Shown piece by piece: positions 1 through 11,103 of a DNA stretch of 32,000 nt. Both the position numbers and the translations under genes were made by a program. This DNA is from Caedibacter taeniospiralis. GTDB lineage: Bacteria > Pseudomonadota > Gammaproteobacteria > Francisellales > Francisellaceae. The DNA lies in the NCBI RefSeq assembly GCF_002803295.2, contig NZ_PGGB02000013.1:1-32000 (forward strand), read 5' to 3'. Position 1 is the first letter of the stretch. Every line of letters starts with the position of its first letter. A model generated the notes under the pieces. The model made no database searches, was not told the origin of the DNA, and saw only the letters and a list, made by a program, of their open reading frames with translations.

Positions 1-352
1 AACAGCTCGTGAGCGTTAAAACTATCCTTGATTTAAGTCTGCGCCCAAAAGGCGCTCCCAATGTCAAATGCAGATTACTTCGGGCGCATTCCAAGTTTGT
101 GGACGATTGTGCATTCTTGCTCCCACGCGGGAGCGTGGGAGCAAGAATATAAGTCGCGTTACTTGAACCTGTGAATTTGATTTTGGCTACACATTCACCG
201 CGGGCAATAAATTTACTGCGCCATTTGCTAAAAGAGGCTTTGGTGACTCCTTGCTGCTCACAAAAGAGCGTCTGTGTTAATCCAGATGTTTCCCAGTCTT
301 TGATCAGTTGTAACCACTTCGTTTCTGTTTCGCTCATCGCTGCTTGCTTCAT
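1..352 (-). pseudogene. IS66-type TnpA (accessory protein)-like N-terminal fragment, open to the window edge
   Basis: Minus strand from ATG at 352 reads MKQAAMSETETKWLQLIKDWETSGLTQTLFCEQQGVTKASFSKWRSKFIARG..., resembling the helix-turn-helix start of IS66-family TnpA. The similarity ends near a perfect palindrome. Absent from the ORF track because it has no stop inside the window. Confidence 0.5.
113..148. repeat. Perfect 16-bp inverted repeat with 4-nt loop (REP-like)
   Basis: ATTCTTGCTCCCACGC GGGA GCGTGGGAGCAAGAAT. Confidence 0.85.
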
Positions 353-707
353 GTTTTAATATACACAAGCATAGTTTGACAACTAAAAACTCAGAATGTT
401 AGACGGGGTTCTTGGAGCGCTTACGATCATTCGAACATCAAGCGCCGAACTAATCCTATGTTGGGATTTAAGTCGTGGGATTCAATGGAGTCAACAATTG
501 CTGGATATGAACTGGTGAAAAGGAAGCATAAAACGGGTCTTGTGATCAGTTAAACTATACTGCTTGTAAACCTGACTGCTCTATAAGTAGTCGGGTAAAA
601 TGATTCACGATTGGGCGAAAAGCGCTAGACAACTTGGCTGGCAAAATATAAACTCTGACCCTGAATTTTAATCTTGAAAAATTGTAGAGTGTAGATAAGG
701 AATAACA

Positions 708-2027
708 ATGCAAGTATCGGTTGAAAAAAAAGAGGGCATTCATTGCGTTTTAAGTGTCGAGCTGCCCGCTGCTGAAATTGATCAGGAAGTATCAAAGCGA
801 ATTGGTAAAATCGCAAAAACAGCTAAGATGGATGGTTTTAAACCTGGTAAGGTGCCTGCAGGGATAATTAAAAAAAAATATGGTGAACAAGTTCGCTTTG
901 AAGTGTTAGGTGATGTCTTACCCTCTAAATACAGTAAAGCAATTCAAGATCAACGTTTAAATGCCGCAGGTGTCGAGGTTGAAATTCTCAACAATAGAGA
1001 AGGTGAGGCGCTTAAATTTAATGTGAATGTCGAACTTTTCCCTGAAGTTAAAGTAACCAATCTTGATAAGATTGAGGTTGAAAAACCTGTGGTTGAGCTA
1101 GGACAAGCACAGATGGATAAAATGATCGACAATCTTCGTAAGCAACTGGCAACCTGGAAAGAGGTTGAGCGCGAAGTCAGGCTTGATGATCGTGTTATTA
1201 TTGACTTTGTCGGGCGCGTAGATGGTGAGGTCTTTGAAGGTGGATCGGCGAATGCTTCTGAAGTAATTATTGGTTCAGGTCAGATGATTCCTGGATTTGA
1301 AGATCGCATCATTGGGATGATAAAAGATGAAGAGAAAACCATTGAAGTTACTTTTCCAGAGGACTATCAAGTTGAGAAGTTAAAAGGCAAACCAGCACAG
1401 TTTGATATTGTTGTGAAAAACATCAAAGAGGCAGAGCTGCCAAAAATTGATGATCAATTTGTTGAGCAGTTTGGCATCAAAGGTGGTGTCGATGAGTTCT
1501 ATGCTGAAATTAAGCAAAATATGGCGCGTGAGTTAAAAAATGCCATTAATAAAGTGGTTAAAATTCAGGTTTTTGAGCAGTTAGTCAACCTGATTGAGTT
1601 TGATGTGCCGAAGGCGCTTATCCAGCGTGAAATCGACAAATCCAAGCATGACTTGATTGAGCGTATGGGTGGCGACAAGGCGAAGATGAAAGCAGAAAAT
1701 TTACCTGATGACTTGTTTAGAAAGAAAGCAGCATTTTCGGTGAAGTTGGGTTTAATTCTACAGGCAATCGTGCGTGATCAGAAGCTTGAAGCAGATCATG
1801 CAGGCGTCGATGAAATCATTGAAGAAATGGCATCTGTGTATGAAGATGCACAAGAAGTTCGCGATCATGTTAAAAAAAGCAAAGCAGAGCTTGATAATGT
1901 TAAAAACACGGTCATTGAGAACAAGCTGGTTGAGTGGGTGGTTGCCCAGGGAAAAACAACTGAAAAAGCAGAAGATTTTTTTGAGTTGATCAAGAAAGTG
2001 TTGCCACAAGGTGGGGTTCCCCACTAA
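708..2027 (+). CDS. tig: Trigger factor, peptidyl-prolyl isomerase
   Basis: 439 aa; MQVSVEKKEGIHCVLSVELPAAEID..., GFKPGKVP ribosome-binding motif, FKBP-type domain; directly upstream of clpP-clpX-lon. Confidence 0.97.
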   Translation: MQVSVEKKEGIHCVLSVELPAAEIDQEVSKRIGKIAKTAKMDGFKPGKVPAGIIKKKYGEQVRFEVLGDVLPSKYSKAIQDQRLNAAGVEVEILNNREGEALKFNVNVELFPEVKVTNLDKIEVEKPVVELGQAQMDKMIDNLRKQLATWKEVEREVRLDDRVIIDFVGRVDGEVFEGGSANASEVIIGSGQMIPGFEDRIIGMIKDEEKTIEVTFPEDYQVEKLKGKPAQFDIVVKNIKEAELPKIDDQFVEQFGIKGGVDEFYAEIKQNMARELKNAINKVVKIQVFEQLVNLIEFDVPKALIQREIDKSKHDLIERMGGDKAKMKAENLPDDLFRKKAAFSVKLGLILQAIVRDQKLEADHAGVDEIIEEMASVYEDAQEVRDHVKKSKAELDNVKNTVIENKLVEWVVAQGKTTEKAEDFFELIKKVLPQGGVPH

Positions 2028-2086
2028 AACAAGCCATTTTGTGCCAGTGAAGTACTTGAGAAAATGAATGAATCAACTTAAACTGG

Positions 2087-2107
2087 AGCCACGACTGTGG
2101 CTTTTTT
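2087..2107 (+). terminator. Rho-independent terminator after tig
   Basis: AGCCAC-GACT-GTGGCT followed by a T run. Confidence 0.8.
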
Positions 2108-2165
2108 ATTGATAACTTTACATGTGCTTACGCACTATAACGATATGGATATAAGGTGAGAATTT

Positions 2166-2777
2166 ATGATTACGAACAATTTAGTGCCCATGGTGGTTGA
2201 GCAAACGTCACGCGGCGAGCGATCTTATGATATCTACTCACGCCTCTTGAAAGAGCGCATTGTGTTTTTAAACGGTGAAGTGAATGATACTTCTGCCAAT
2301 TTGGTCATTGCTCAGTTGCTATTTTTAGAATCTGAAAATCCCGATAAGGATATTTATTTCTACATTAATTCGCCGGGTGGATCGGTGACCGCTGGCATGG
2401 GAGTCTATGATACCATGCAGTTTATTAAACCCAATGTAAGCACGATTTGCATTGGCTTGGCAGCGAGCATGGGTGCCGTGTTATTGGCAGCTGGCGAGAA
2501 AGGTAAACGCTTTAGCTTGCCACATTCGCAAATTATGATTCACCAGCCGTTAGGTGGTTTCAGAGGTCAAGCGTCAGATGTTGAAATTCATGCGCGCAAT
2601 ATGCTTAGAATTAAAGAGCGTTTGAATAAGGTGCTAGCACGCCATACCGGACAAAGCTATGAGCAAACGGTGAAAGACACCGATCGTGATAATTTTATGA
2701 TGGCGGAAGAGGCAAAAGAATACGGTTTGTTAGATCAGGTAATCGAGTCAAGATTAAGTATTCCAAATGCCAAATAA
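2166..2777 (+). CDS. clpP: ATP-dependent Clp protease proteolytic subunit
   Basis: 203 aa; [27 protein letters not shown] catalytic Ser region, [16 protein letters not shown] His region. Confidence 0.98.
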   Translation: MITNNLVPMVVEQTSRGERSYDIYSRLLKERIVFLNGEVNDTSANLVIAQLLFLESENPDKDIYFYINSPGGSVTAGMGVYDTMQFIKPNVSTICIGLAASMGAVLLAAGEKGKRFSLPHSQIMIHQPLGGFRGQASDVEIHARNMLRIKERLNKVLARHTGQSYEQTVKDTDRDNFMMAEEAKEYGLLDQVIESRLSIPNAK

Positions 2778-2820
2778 AGGTATTGGGACAATATCTTCGC
2801 CGATAATGACGTATTGCGCA

Positions 2821-2839
2821 GGGGCGTATTGCATACGCC
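2821..2839. repeat. Short dispersed palindromic repeat, copy 1
   Basis: GGGGCGTATTGCATACGCC; exact match to 12588..12606; contains GGCGTAT-TGC-ATACGCC. Confidence 0.75.
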
Positions 2840-2954
2840 TTTCTAAAAATGGGCGGAAATTCTGGCAAGGCGCAAATAAATAGCCTGAATTTCTGTTAGT
2901 GGGTTTCATCTCTTTGGGCAATTTTTGATTATTTTTATTGATAGCGAGGATGGT

Positions 2955-4265
2955 ATGGCAAGAAAAAAACGTGGCGGCGGTGATGGTAGTGAAAAAATTC
3001 CTACGCTTCATTGCTCATTTTGTGGAAAGACTCAGCACCAGGTGCGTAGGCTCATTGCAGGACCTTCTGTTTATATTTGTAATGAATGTGTTGCTTTGTC
3101 TACTGAGATCATTAATGGTAGCAGTACACATGATTTTTCAATGCCAGATTCATCAACCATAGAGGGAAATAAACATTTGCCAAAGCCAGTTGATATAAAG
3201 AAACACCTGGATGCGTATATCATTGGGCAAGATGAACCTAAAAAGATTTTGTCGGTTGCGGTATATAACCATTACAAACGGATTTACAACAAGCAAGGGC
3301 AGGATGATGATGTTACCTTAGCAAAGAGTAACATTCTGCTTTTAGGACCAACAGGTTCAGGTAAAACACTCCTGGCACAAACGTTGGCTAAAATGTTAAA
3401 TGTGCCCTTTGCAATCGCTGATGCGACGACGTTGACTGAAGCTGGTTATGTTGGTGAAGACGTTGAAAACGTCATTCAAAAACTACTACAAAATGCGGAT
3501 TTTGATGTTAAAAGGGCAGAGCGTGGCATCGTTTATATTGATGAAATTGATAAGATTGCACGTAAATCAGAAAATCCTTCAATCACCAGAGATGTTTCTG
3601 GCGAAGGGGTTCAACAGGCGCTATTAAAGCTTATTGAAGGCACCGTGGCGTCTGTGCCACCAAAAGGTGGGCGTAAGCATCCCAATCAAGACTTAGAGCA
3701 GGTTGATACCACGAATATCTTATTTATTTGTGGCGGTGCCTTCGCTGGAATTGAGTCGATTATTCAGCATCGAACTGAGAAATCAGGCATTGGATTTGGC
3801 GCAGAGGTATTTGGTAAAAACGATCAAGTCTCACACAATCGTCTATTGAAACAGGTTGAACCAGAAGATCTGATTAAATTTGGATTAATTCCTGAATTAA
3901 TTGGACGTTTGCCTGTGATGGCAATTTTAGAAGAGCTGGATGAGGCGGCGCTTTTAAAAATTCTAACAGAACCTAAAAATGCACTGATTAAACAGTATAC
4001 TAAGCTATTTGAAATCGAGGGTGTTAAGGTTGAATTTACACTCGAAGCGATTAAGGCTACTGCACACAAAGCAGTTAAACGTAAAACGGGTGCAAGAGGT
4101 CTAAGATCGATCCTGGAAAATGCGTTACTTAATGTCATGTTTGAAGCGCCATCGATCGATGATGTTGCGAAAGTTGTGATTGATGAAGCGGTCATTCACG
4201 GTCATGAAGAGCCATTGATTGTGTTAAAGGATCAGGCAAAATTTAGATTGGTGTTAGGTCAATAA
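2955..4265 (+). CDS. clpX: ATP-dependent Clp protease ATP-binding subunit ClpX
   Basis: Zn-finger [29 protein letters not shown], Walker [19 protein letters not shown] is open from 2925, but ATG 2955 (MARKKRG) with GAGG upstream is the likely start. Confidence 0.97.
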   Translation: MARKKRGGGDGSEKIPTLHCSFCGKTQHQVRRLIAGPSVYICNECVALSTEIINGSSTHDFSMPDSSTIEGNKHLPKPVDIKKHLDAYIIGQDEPKKILSVAVYNHYKRIYNKQGQDDDVTLAKSNILLLGPTGSGKTLLAQTLAKMLNVPFAIADATTLTEAGYVGEDVENVIQKLLQNADFDVKRAERGIVYIDEIDKIARKSENPSITRDVSGEGVQQALLKLIEGTVASVPPKGGRKHPNQDLEQVDTTNILFICGGAFAGIESIIQHRTEKSGIGFGAEVFGKNDQVSHNRLLKQVEPEDLIKFGLIPELIGRLPVMAILEELDEAALLKILTEPKNALIKQYTKLFEIEGVKVEFTLEAIKATAHKAVKRKTGARGLRSILENALLNVMFEAPSIDDVAKVVIDEAVIHGHEEPLIVLKDQAKFRLVLGQ

Positions 4266-4278
4266 GGTTAAATTTTTC

Positions 4279-6630
4279 ATGCAACTATATTCCAATGAAA
4301 AACAAAGTGTAGAAGAGTTGGTGCCTGTTGTGCCACTAAGAGATATTGTGGTCTATCCGTATATGGCAGTGCCGCTTTTTGTGGGTAGAGAGAAATCTAT
4401 TGCTGCAATTAGTGAAGCGCATGCGACAAGGCAAAAAATATTATTGATGACGCAGAAAACAGACGAGGTGGATAATCCCAAAGTTAAGGATCTCCACACT
4501 ACGGGGACCTATGCCAGAATTTTGCAGTTAATGAAGCTGCCAGATGGCACCTATAAAGTGCTGGTTGAAGGCATTCGTCGCACAAAGGTGCTTAAGTATT
4601 ATGAGGAGGCTCCTTTTATTGCTGCTCAAATCGAGTTAATTGAGACCGTAAATGACTTAAGTGAGGCTGATGAAAGCGGTTTTGTGCGTGCAATTTTGTC
4701 AAGTTTTAAATCCTTGTCTGAAATGGGCGGGCAGATTCCAAAAGAAATTATATCCTCGATTTTGTCAGATACAAATTTGACTCGCCTGATTGATACAGTG
4801 GTAGCACAAGTGCATTCTCCAGTTGCCAAAAAACAGGAAGTGCTGGAGGCAGAGACTTTACAGCAACGCGCGGCTCTCTTGTTAAAACTGCTTATAGCTG
4901 AAACTGAAGTGCTGGAGCTTGAGCGTAATATTAAAGATCGCGTTAAATCACAGGTTGAGCGCAATCAGCGTGAGTATTATCTTAATGAGCAGATTAAAGC
5001 CATCTACAAGGAAATGGGGGATGTAGATGATATGCAGGAATTTGAGCAGCTAAGAGAAAAAATTGAACAAGCGAAAATGTCAACTGAGGCAACTGAAAAA
5101 GCTTTTTCAGAACTTAAAAAACTTAAGTCAATGCCTCCTGCTTCTGCTGAATCTTCGGTGTCACGTAATTACATTGATGCGCTAACGAGTCTTCCTTGGT
5201 CAAAGCGAACAAAGGTTAAAAAAGATTTACTGCAGGCTGAAAAGATACTTAACACTGATCATTACGGGCTTGAAAAAGTCAAAGAGCGCATTTTGGAATA
5301 TTTGGCTGTTCAACAGAGGATGCGTAAAATCAAAGGACCTATTTTATGCCTGGTTGGTCCCCCTGGAGTCGGTAAGACCTCTTTGGGGCAGTCTATTGCC
5401 AGAGCCACGGGACGTAAATATGTCCGTATGTCACTAGGTGGGGTTAAGGATGAGGCTGAGATCAGAGGGCACCGCAGAACCTATATTGGTGCGCTGCCTG
5501 GTCAGATCATGCAAAAAATCAATAAAGTACAGGTGAATAATCCATTATTCCTATTAGATGAAATCGATAAGATGGCATTTGATTTTAGGGGAGATCCTGC
5601 TTCCGCCATGCTTGAAGTACTGGATCCCGAGCAAAACAATGCCTTTAATGATCACTACTTAGACGTTGATTATGATTTGTCCGATGTGATGTTTGTTGCC
5701 ACAGCCAATAGCTTAAACATTCCAGATGCGCTTCGCGATCGGATGGAAATCATTTATTTGTCAGGTTATACCGAAGACGAAAAGAAAAACATTGCTAAGA
5801 ATTATTTGTTACCTAAGGCGATTAAAGATAATGGTCTGAAGGAAAGTGAGATTAGTATTGCCGATAAAGTCATTGAAGATATTATTCGTTACTATACGCG
5901 TGAAGCGGGTGTACGTCGTTTGCAGCAAGAGCTCAACAAGCTGTGTCGCAAAGCAGTGAAGCACATCTTACTGACCAAAGATGGCAAGAAGGTTTCCATT
6001 AATAGTAAGAATCTTGAGAAATATCTAGGTGTCAGGCGTTATGATTTTGGCTTGGTGCAACAGCAGGATAAGGTGGGACAGGTCACGGGTCTTGCGTGGA
6101 CGGAAGTCGGAGGAGATTTATTGACTATCGAGGCAGTTGCAACGATTGGCAAGGGCAAGCTTAAGACCACAGGAAAACTGGGGGATGTGATGCAGGAGTC
6201 TATCCATGCGGCTTTAACCGTTGTGCGAACCATTGCAAAGAACTACGGCATTGAAGATGATTTTTATGAGAAAAAAGATTTTCATATCCATGTGCCAGAA
6301 GGGGCTACTCCTAAGGATGGACCAAGTGCAGGGGTTGCGATGTGCACAGCGGTACTGTCATCATTGACGAGTATTCCAGTCAGAAGAGATGTTGCGATGA
6401 CAGGCGAGATCACCTTGCGCGGCGATGTGCTACCCATTGGTGGCTTAAAAGAAAAATTATTGGCAGCACTTCGTGGTGAAATCAAGACTGTGTTAATTCC
6501 TTATGATAATAAAAAGGATTTGCAGGAGATTCCGCAGAACGTTAAAGATGGCCTTGAAATTATTACCGTTAAGCGTATTGACGAGGTTTTAGAACGTGCT
6601 CTTTTGGTGAAAAAAGGCAGAAAAAGTTAA
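4279..6630 (+). CDS. lon: ATP-dependent Lon protease
   Basis: 783 aa; N-domain [20 protein letters not shown], Walker [10 protein letters not shown], catalytic PKDGPSAG and dyad Lys region. Confidence 0.98.
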   Translation: MQLYSNEKQSVEELVPVVPLRDIVVYPYMAVPLFVGREKSIAAISEAHATRQKILLMTQKTDEVDNPKVKDLHTTGTYARILQLMKLPDGTYKVLVEGIRRTKVLKYYEEAPFIAAQIELIETVNDLSEADESGFVRAILSSFKSLSEMGGQIPKEIISSILSDTNLTRLIDTVVAQVHSPVAKKQEVLEAETLQQRAALLLKLLIAETEVLELERNIKDRVKSQVERNQREYYLNEQIKAIYKEMGDVDDMQEFEQLREKIEQAKMSTEATEKAFSELKKLKSMPPASAESSVSRNYIDALTSLPWSKRTKVKKDLLQAEKILNTDHYGLEKVKERILEYLAVQQRMRKIKGPILCLVGPPGVGKTSLGQSIARATGRKYVRMSLGGVKDEAEIRGHRRTYIGALPGQIMQKINKVQVNNPLFLLDEIDKMAFDFRGDPASAMLEVLDPEQNNAFNDHYLDVDYDLSDVMFVATANSLNIPDALRDRMEIIYLSGYTEDEKKNIAKNYLLPKAIKDNGLKESEISIADKVIEDIIRYYTREAGVRRLQQELNKLCRKAVKHILLTKDGKKVSINSKNLEKYLGVRRYDFGLVQQQDKVGQVTGLAWTEVGGDLLTIEAVATIGKGKLKTTGKLGDVMQESIHAALTVVRTIAKNYGIEDDFYEKKDFHIHVPEGATPKDGPSAGVAMCTAVLSSLTSIPVRRDVAMTGEITLRGDVLPIGGLKEKLLAALRGEIKTVLIPYDNKKDLQEIPQNVKDGLEIITVKRIDEVLERALLVKKGRKS

Positions 6631-6679
6631 AAAAAACCAAAAAAACGTTAAAAAATCGCGAATTAGCAATAAACCGTGT

Positions 6680-6708
6680 TGACGTGAGATAGCGCGCTTG
6701 CTATAACT
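6680..6708 (+). promoter_or_regulatory. Sigma70-type promoter for hupB
   Basis: TTGACG, 17-nt spacer, TATAAC, about 70 nt upstream of the GTG start. Confidence 0.7.
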
Positions 6709-6775
6709 TAGGCGACTTAAGCGGCAAGGCTTCGCTTAAATTAAGAGTTATTCAACAACGAAAGAGGAAAACATC

Positions 6776-7048
6776 GTGAATAAGAGTGAACTAGTAAAAG
6801 CAATCGCAGAAAAAGCTGATGTAACGAAGGACGTCGCTCAGCGCACGTTAGATGCAACGACTGAAGCAGTAACGGAAGCATTAAAATCAGGTCAAACGGT
6901 CACTTTGGTTGGATTTGGTTCATTCCAGGTTCGTGACAGGGCTGCTCGTGAGGGTCGTAACCCTAAGACAGGTCAAAAGATGAAGATTAAAGCTTCTAAG
7001 TCCCCTTCATTTAAAGCGGGAAAATTATTGAAAGACGCAGTGAACTAA
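6776..7048 (+). CDS. hupB: DNA-binding protein HU-beta
   Basis: 90 aa, GTG start; [18 protein letters not shown]... [21 protein letters not shown]. Confidence 0.97.
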   Translation: MNKSELVKAIAEKADVTKDVAQRTLDATTEAVTEALKSGQTVTLVGFGSFQVRDRAAREGRNPKTGQKMKIKASKSPSFKAGKLLKDAVN

Positions 7049-7069
7049 TATATAGTTTCGCACTCGTGG

Positions 7070-7146
7070 AAGTGCTTGGCTTAACTGCGAGAGCATCGCC
7101 CTTGCAGGGCGATGGGTCGGCGGTTCGACCCCCCGAGCACCCACCA
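7070..7146 (+). tRNA. tRNA-Ala(UGC)-like sequence, structurally degenerate (possible pseudo-tRNA)
   Basis: Anticodon arm TCGCC-CTTGCAG-GGCGA is perfect (TGC anticodon), TTCGA and terminal ACCA are present. Acceptor AAGTGCT/AGCACCC has two mismatches, T stem GGCGG/CCCCG has two, the D loop lacks GG. Confidence 0.5.
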
Positions 7147-7153
7147 CACATTT

Positions 7154-7183
7154 AAAGGCATGTTTCAAGCATGCCTTTTTTAT
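7154..7183 (+). terminator. Rho-independent terminator
   Basis: AAAGGCATG-TTTCAAG-CATGCCTTT plus T run. Confidence 0.85.
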
Positions 7184-7257
7184 TTTCGCTCCAGCATCTG
7201 CCATGCTAAGATGCGGCGACTTGGTTTAAGCTTAATGGAAACGGGTAGTGGCGTCAT

Positions 7258-8988
7258 ATGTTACAGTTGATAAATGACAAATTTAAAGGTTGGGTTACGT
7301 GGATCATTATCATCGCGGTAAGTGCCGTATTTGTACTAACAGGGATCAGTTATTTTTTTGTATCAAGTGGTGTGTCAGCTCAATCAGTGGCTAAAGTAGG
7401 TGATGTGCAGATTTCACAAAATAGTTATCAGCAGGCACTATCGCAGAACATACAGGTGCAACCTTCGCTGGGTCAAAAAACTTTGCAGCAAAAAACCCTG
7501 GATCAGCTTGTTGATCAAACGCTTTTGCAGCAGGATGCTAAAGCATCACATATTGTGGTTACAAACTCAGCAGTGTCCTCTGCGATTTTCCAAAACCCTG
7601 CATTTACTGAAAATGGTCAGTACTCAGCAAAACGCTTTGATGAGCTTGCCAAACTTTATGGTAGTGCCTCAAGTATTAAAGCGCTCATTGCAAATAATAT
7701 ACTCATCTCAAGCATTGTTACTCCTGTAATGCAAAGTCAGTTTGTATTGTCAAATGAGCGCAAAACCTTAAGCGCACTCATGGGGCAAAAACGTGAAATC
7801 AGCTACTATGAGTTTGCAGCAAGTGACTATGCTAAAAAATTAAAACCCACAGAAAAAGAGCTTGAGGCTTATTATGATCAGCATAAAGCGCAATATGAAC
7901 AACTTGAGCAGGCGATCATCTCTTATGTGAAACTCTCATCACAAGACTTTGTCACGAACGAGGTTTTGTCGCAAGATGACATCAATAGCTATTACCAGGC
8001 TAATAAAGACGCGCTCATGAGTCCAGAGTTAAGATCAGGTGAGGTAATCAGTGTTAAGAAAGATGCAAAAAATCGCAATGCCATCATTGAGAGACTTAAA
8101 GCGAACCAGGAATTAACGCCAGATGAGTTAAAAGGAGTTAATATTGAAGCAATCAAACCCTTATCACCATCTCAGGCTTCAAGCTTTACGCAATTCGCAT
8201 TGTTTAACTTAACGATGGAGTTGCCTATCAAAGAAACTTCTGATAATGAATTTGTGAAATTGACGAAAATTACGCCTCCAGCACCCATGGCATTGAATGA
8301 TGCGAAACCAGTCATTGAAAAAATTCTCAAAAATCGTGCGGCACTGACCAGGTTTAATGAGGTGTTGACGAGTATTAACAGCAATAGTTTTGATCAGGTA
8401 GTAAAAACGAACAAGCTTAAAGTTAATGTGACTAAAGCCTTTGACAAAAATACCATGGATTCAGGTGTTGAAGGCAATGCAAAGTTGCAGGAAGCGGTAT
8501 TTGATCAGCATAAAACGCAAGGTTTTATCGCGCAAGGTCAAACGGATGGCTTGATCTATAAGGTGGATAAAATCATTCCTAAGCATACTTTGTCTTTTGT
8601 TGAAGTTAAAGACAAAATTAAGGCAGCCTATGTTGATGAAAAGTCATTGAGTCTTGCCAAAGAACATGCTGATCAGGCGCTACAGACTTTACAAAAAGGT
8701 AAGACGCTGACCGCTGTAAAAGCAAAAACAGAGGAAATTACACGGGGCGACTTTGCCTTAGATTCTACGTTGAAAACGGCAATATTTAGTTATGCTCCAA
8801 AAGTCTATCAGCTGGCGCAAAATGGTCAGGCATATTGGGTTTACGAGGTCACAAAAGTGATAGACGGAAGCGATCAGCTACCAGCGCAGGTTTTGCAAAA
8901 TAACTATACCAATGCTGAGCTTAATGATTATCTGGTTGCACTTAAAAAACAATATCCCATTGAGATCAATCATCAATTGATTCAGTAA
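7258..8988 (+). CDS. ppiD: PpiD-like SurA_N-domain periplasmic folding chaperone / peptidyl-prolyl isomerase
   Basis: 576 aa; N-terminal TM WVTWIIIIAVSAVFVLTGISYFF, then AKVGDVQISQNSYQQAL; position after hupB is typical. Confidence 0.88.
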   Translation: MLQLINDKFKGWVTWIIIIAVSAVFVLTGISYFFVSSGVSAQSVAKVGDVQISQNSYQQALSQNIQVQPSLGQKTLQQKTLDQLVDQTLLQQDAKASHIVVTNSAVSSAIFQNPAFTENGQYSAKRFDELAKLYGSASSIKALIANNILISSIVTPVMQSQFVLSNERKTLSALMGQKREISYYEFAASDYAKKLKPTEKELEAYYDQHKAQYEQLEQAIISYVKLSSQDFVTNEVLSQDDINSYYQANKDALMSPELRSGEVISVKKDAKNRNAIIERLKANQELTPDELKGVNIEAIKPLSPSQASSFTQFALFNLTMELPIKETSDNEFVKLTKITPPAPMALNDAKPVIEKILKNRAALTRFNEVLTSINSNSFDQVVKTNKLKVNVTKAFDKNTMDSGVEGNAKLQEAVFDQHKTQGFIAQGQTDGLIYKVDKIIPKHTLSFVEVKDKIKAAYVDEKSLSLAKEHADQALQTLQKGKTLTAVKAKTEEITRGDFALDSTLKTAIFSYAPKVYQLAQNGQAYWVYEVTKVIDGSDQLPAQVLQNNYTNAELNDYLVALKKQYPIEINHQLIQ

Positions 8989-9001
8989 TTGTTTTTCTTT
9001 C

Positions 9002-9940
9002 ATGAATTCATTTTCTAAAGATATCTACGCTTTGGCAGGACCTACTGCCTCAGGTAAAACCGCATTATCGATTGAATTAGCTAAAAAGATGAATGCCGAA
9101 ATTATCAGCGTTGATTCGGCTTTGATCTACAAACGACTGAATATTGGCTCGGCTAAGCCCACCGTACTGGAGATGGATGGCGTTACCCATTACCTGATTG
9201 ATATTATCGAGCCCTGGTTAGCTTATTCAGTGAATGATTTTTTGGTTGATGCTAAAAGATTAATCACAGAGATTCATGCGCAAGGCAAAGAAGTCCTGTT
9301 AGTCGGTGGCACGATGATGTATTTCAAGGCGCTGCAAGAAGGAATTTCCAGGCTACCAGAGGCTGACGAAGCTGTAAGGATGCAGATAAAGCAAAGGTCT
9401 TTGGAATACTGGTATCAGTTTTTGCAACAGCAGGATCCTAAAACTGCGGTAAAACTTAATCCTAATGATCGGCAGCGCATTGAGCGCGCGACAGAGGTGA
9501 TATTGCTAACTGGGAAAGCTTATTCCAAGATGGTGGTACAAAATGCAAAAGAGGGTGGCTTAGGAGATTCACTCAAGCTTTGTGCGTTAGTACCAAGGGA
9601 TCGTAAAGCTCTCCACCAGCTGATTGAAAAACGCTTTTTGAGCATGCTTGAAAAAGGTTTTTTAGATGAAGTTCGTGGGTTAAAGCAGCTCAAGAATATG
9701 CACGCTGATTTGCCATCCATGCGTAGTGTGGGTTATCGTCAGGCCTGGCAGTATCTTAATGGTGAGTATGACTATCATGAATTTGTAGCTAAAGGGGTAG
9801 CAGCGACACGTCAGCTCGCCAAAAGGCAGCTAACCTGGATTCGCAATTGGCATAAGCCAATTTACCTGGTTGATGCCAATCAAAATTCTCAAATGAAGTT
9901 TGATCAGATTAAGGTGTTCTTCGATTGGGAGAGCTTTTAG
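9002..9940 (+). CDS. miaA: tRNA dimethylallyltransferase
   Basis: 312 aa; GPTASGKTALSIELAK, IISVDSALIYKRLNIGSAKP, GGTMMYFKAL, SVGYRQAWQYL. Confidence 0.96.
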   Translation: MNSFSKDIYALAGPTASGKTALSIELAKKMNAEIISVDSALIYKRLNIGSAKPTVLEMDGVTHYLIDIIEPWLAYSVNDFLVDAKRLITEIHAQGKEVLLVGGTMMYFKALQEGISRLPEADEAVRMQIKQRSLEYWYQFLQQQDPKTAVKLNPNDRQRIERATEVILLTGKAYSKMVVQNAKEGGLGDSLKLCALVPRDRKALHQLIEKRFLSMLEKGFLDEVRGLKQLKNMHADLPSMRSVGYRQAWQYLNGEYDYHEFVAKGVAATRQLAKRQLTWIRNWHKPIYLVDANQNSQMKFDQIKVFFDWESF

Positions 9941-10050
9941 GATGAGGCTTGCAATATAAGTTCAATTGGTAAGATGCTTTGTAGGTTTTATGCTGTACAT
10001 TTATATCAAATTCTTGGATCATATCTGGCGTTTAAACAGCAAGATAATAA

Positions 10051-11082
<1,032 letters not shown>

Positions 11083-11103
11083 AACAAACCTCAAGGAGTT
11101 GCA

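Noticed and set aside
171-359. 62-aa + ORF from the track
   Set aside because: Antisense to the better-supported TnpA-like frame, no recognisable family
2754-3011. 85-aa minus ORF overlapping clpP end and clpX start
   Set aside because: Covers a repeat and overlaps coding sequence on the other strand; no family resemblance
2938-3162. 74-aa + ORF inside clpX in another frame
   Set aside because: Alternative-frame shadow of clpX
7400-7729. 109-aa + ORF inside ppiD
   Set aside because: Alternative-frame shadow of ppiD, no RBS or family signal
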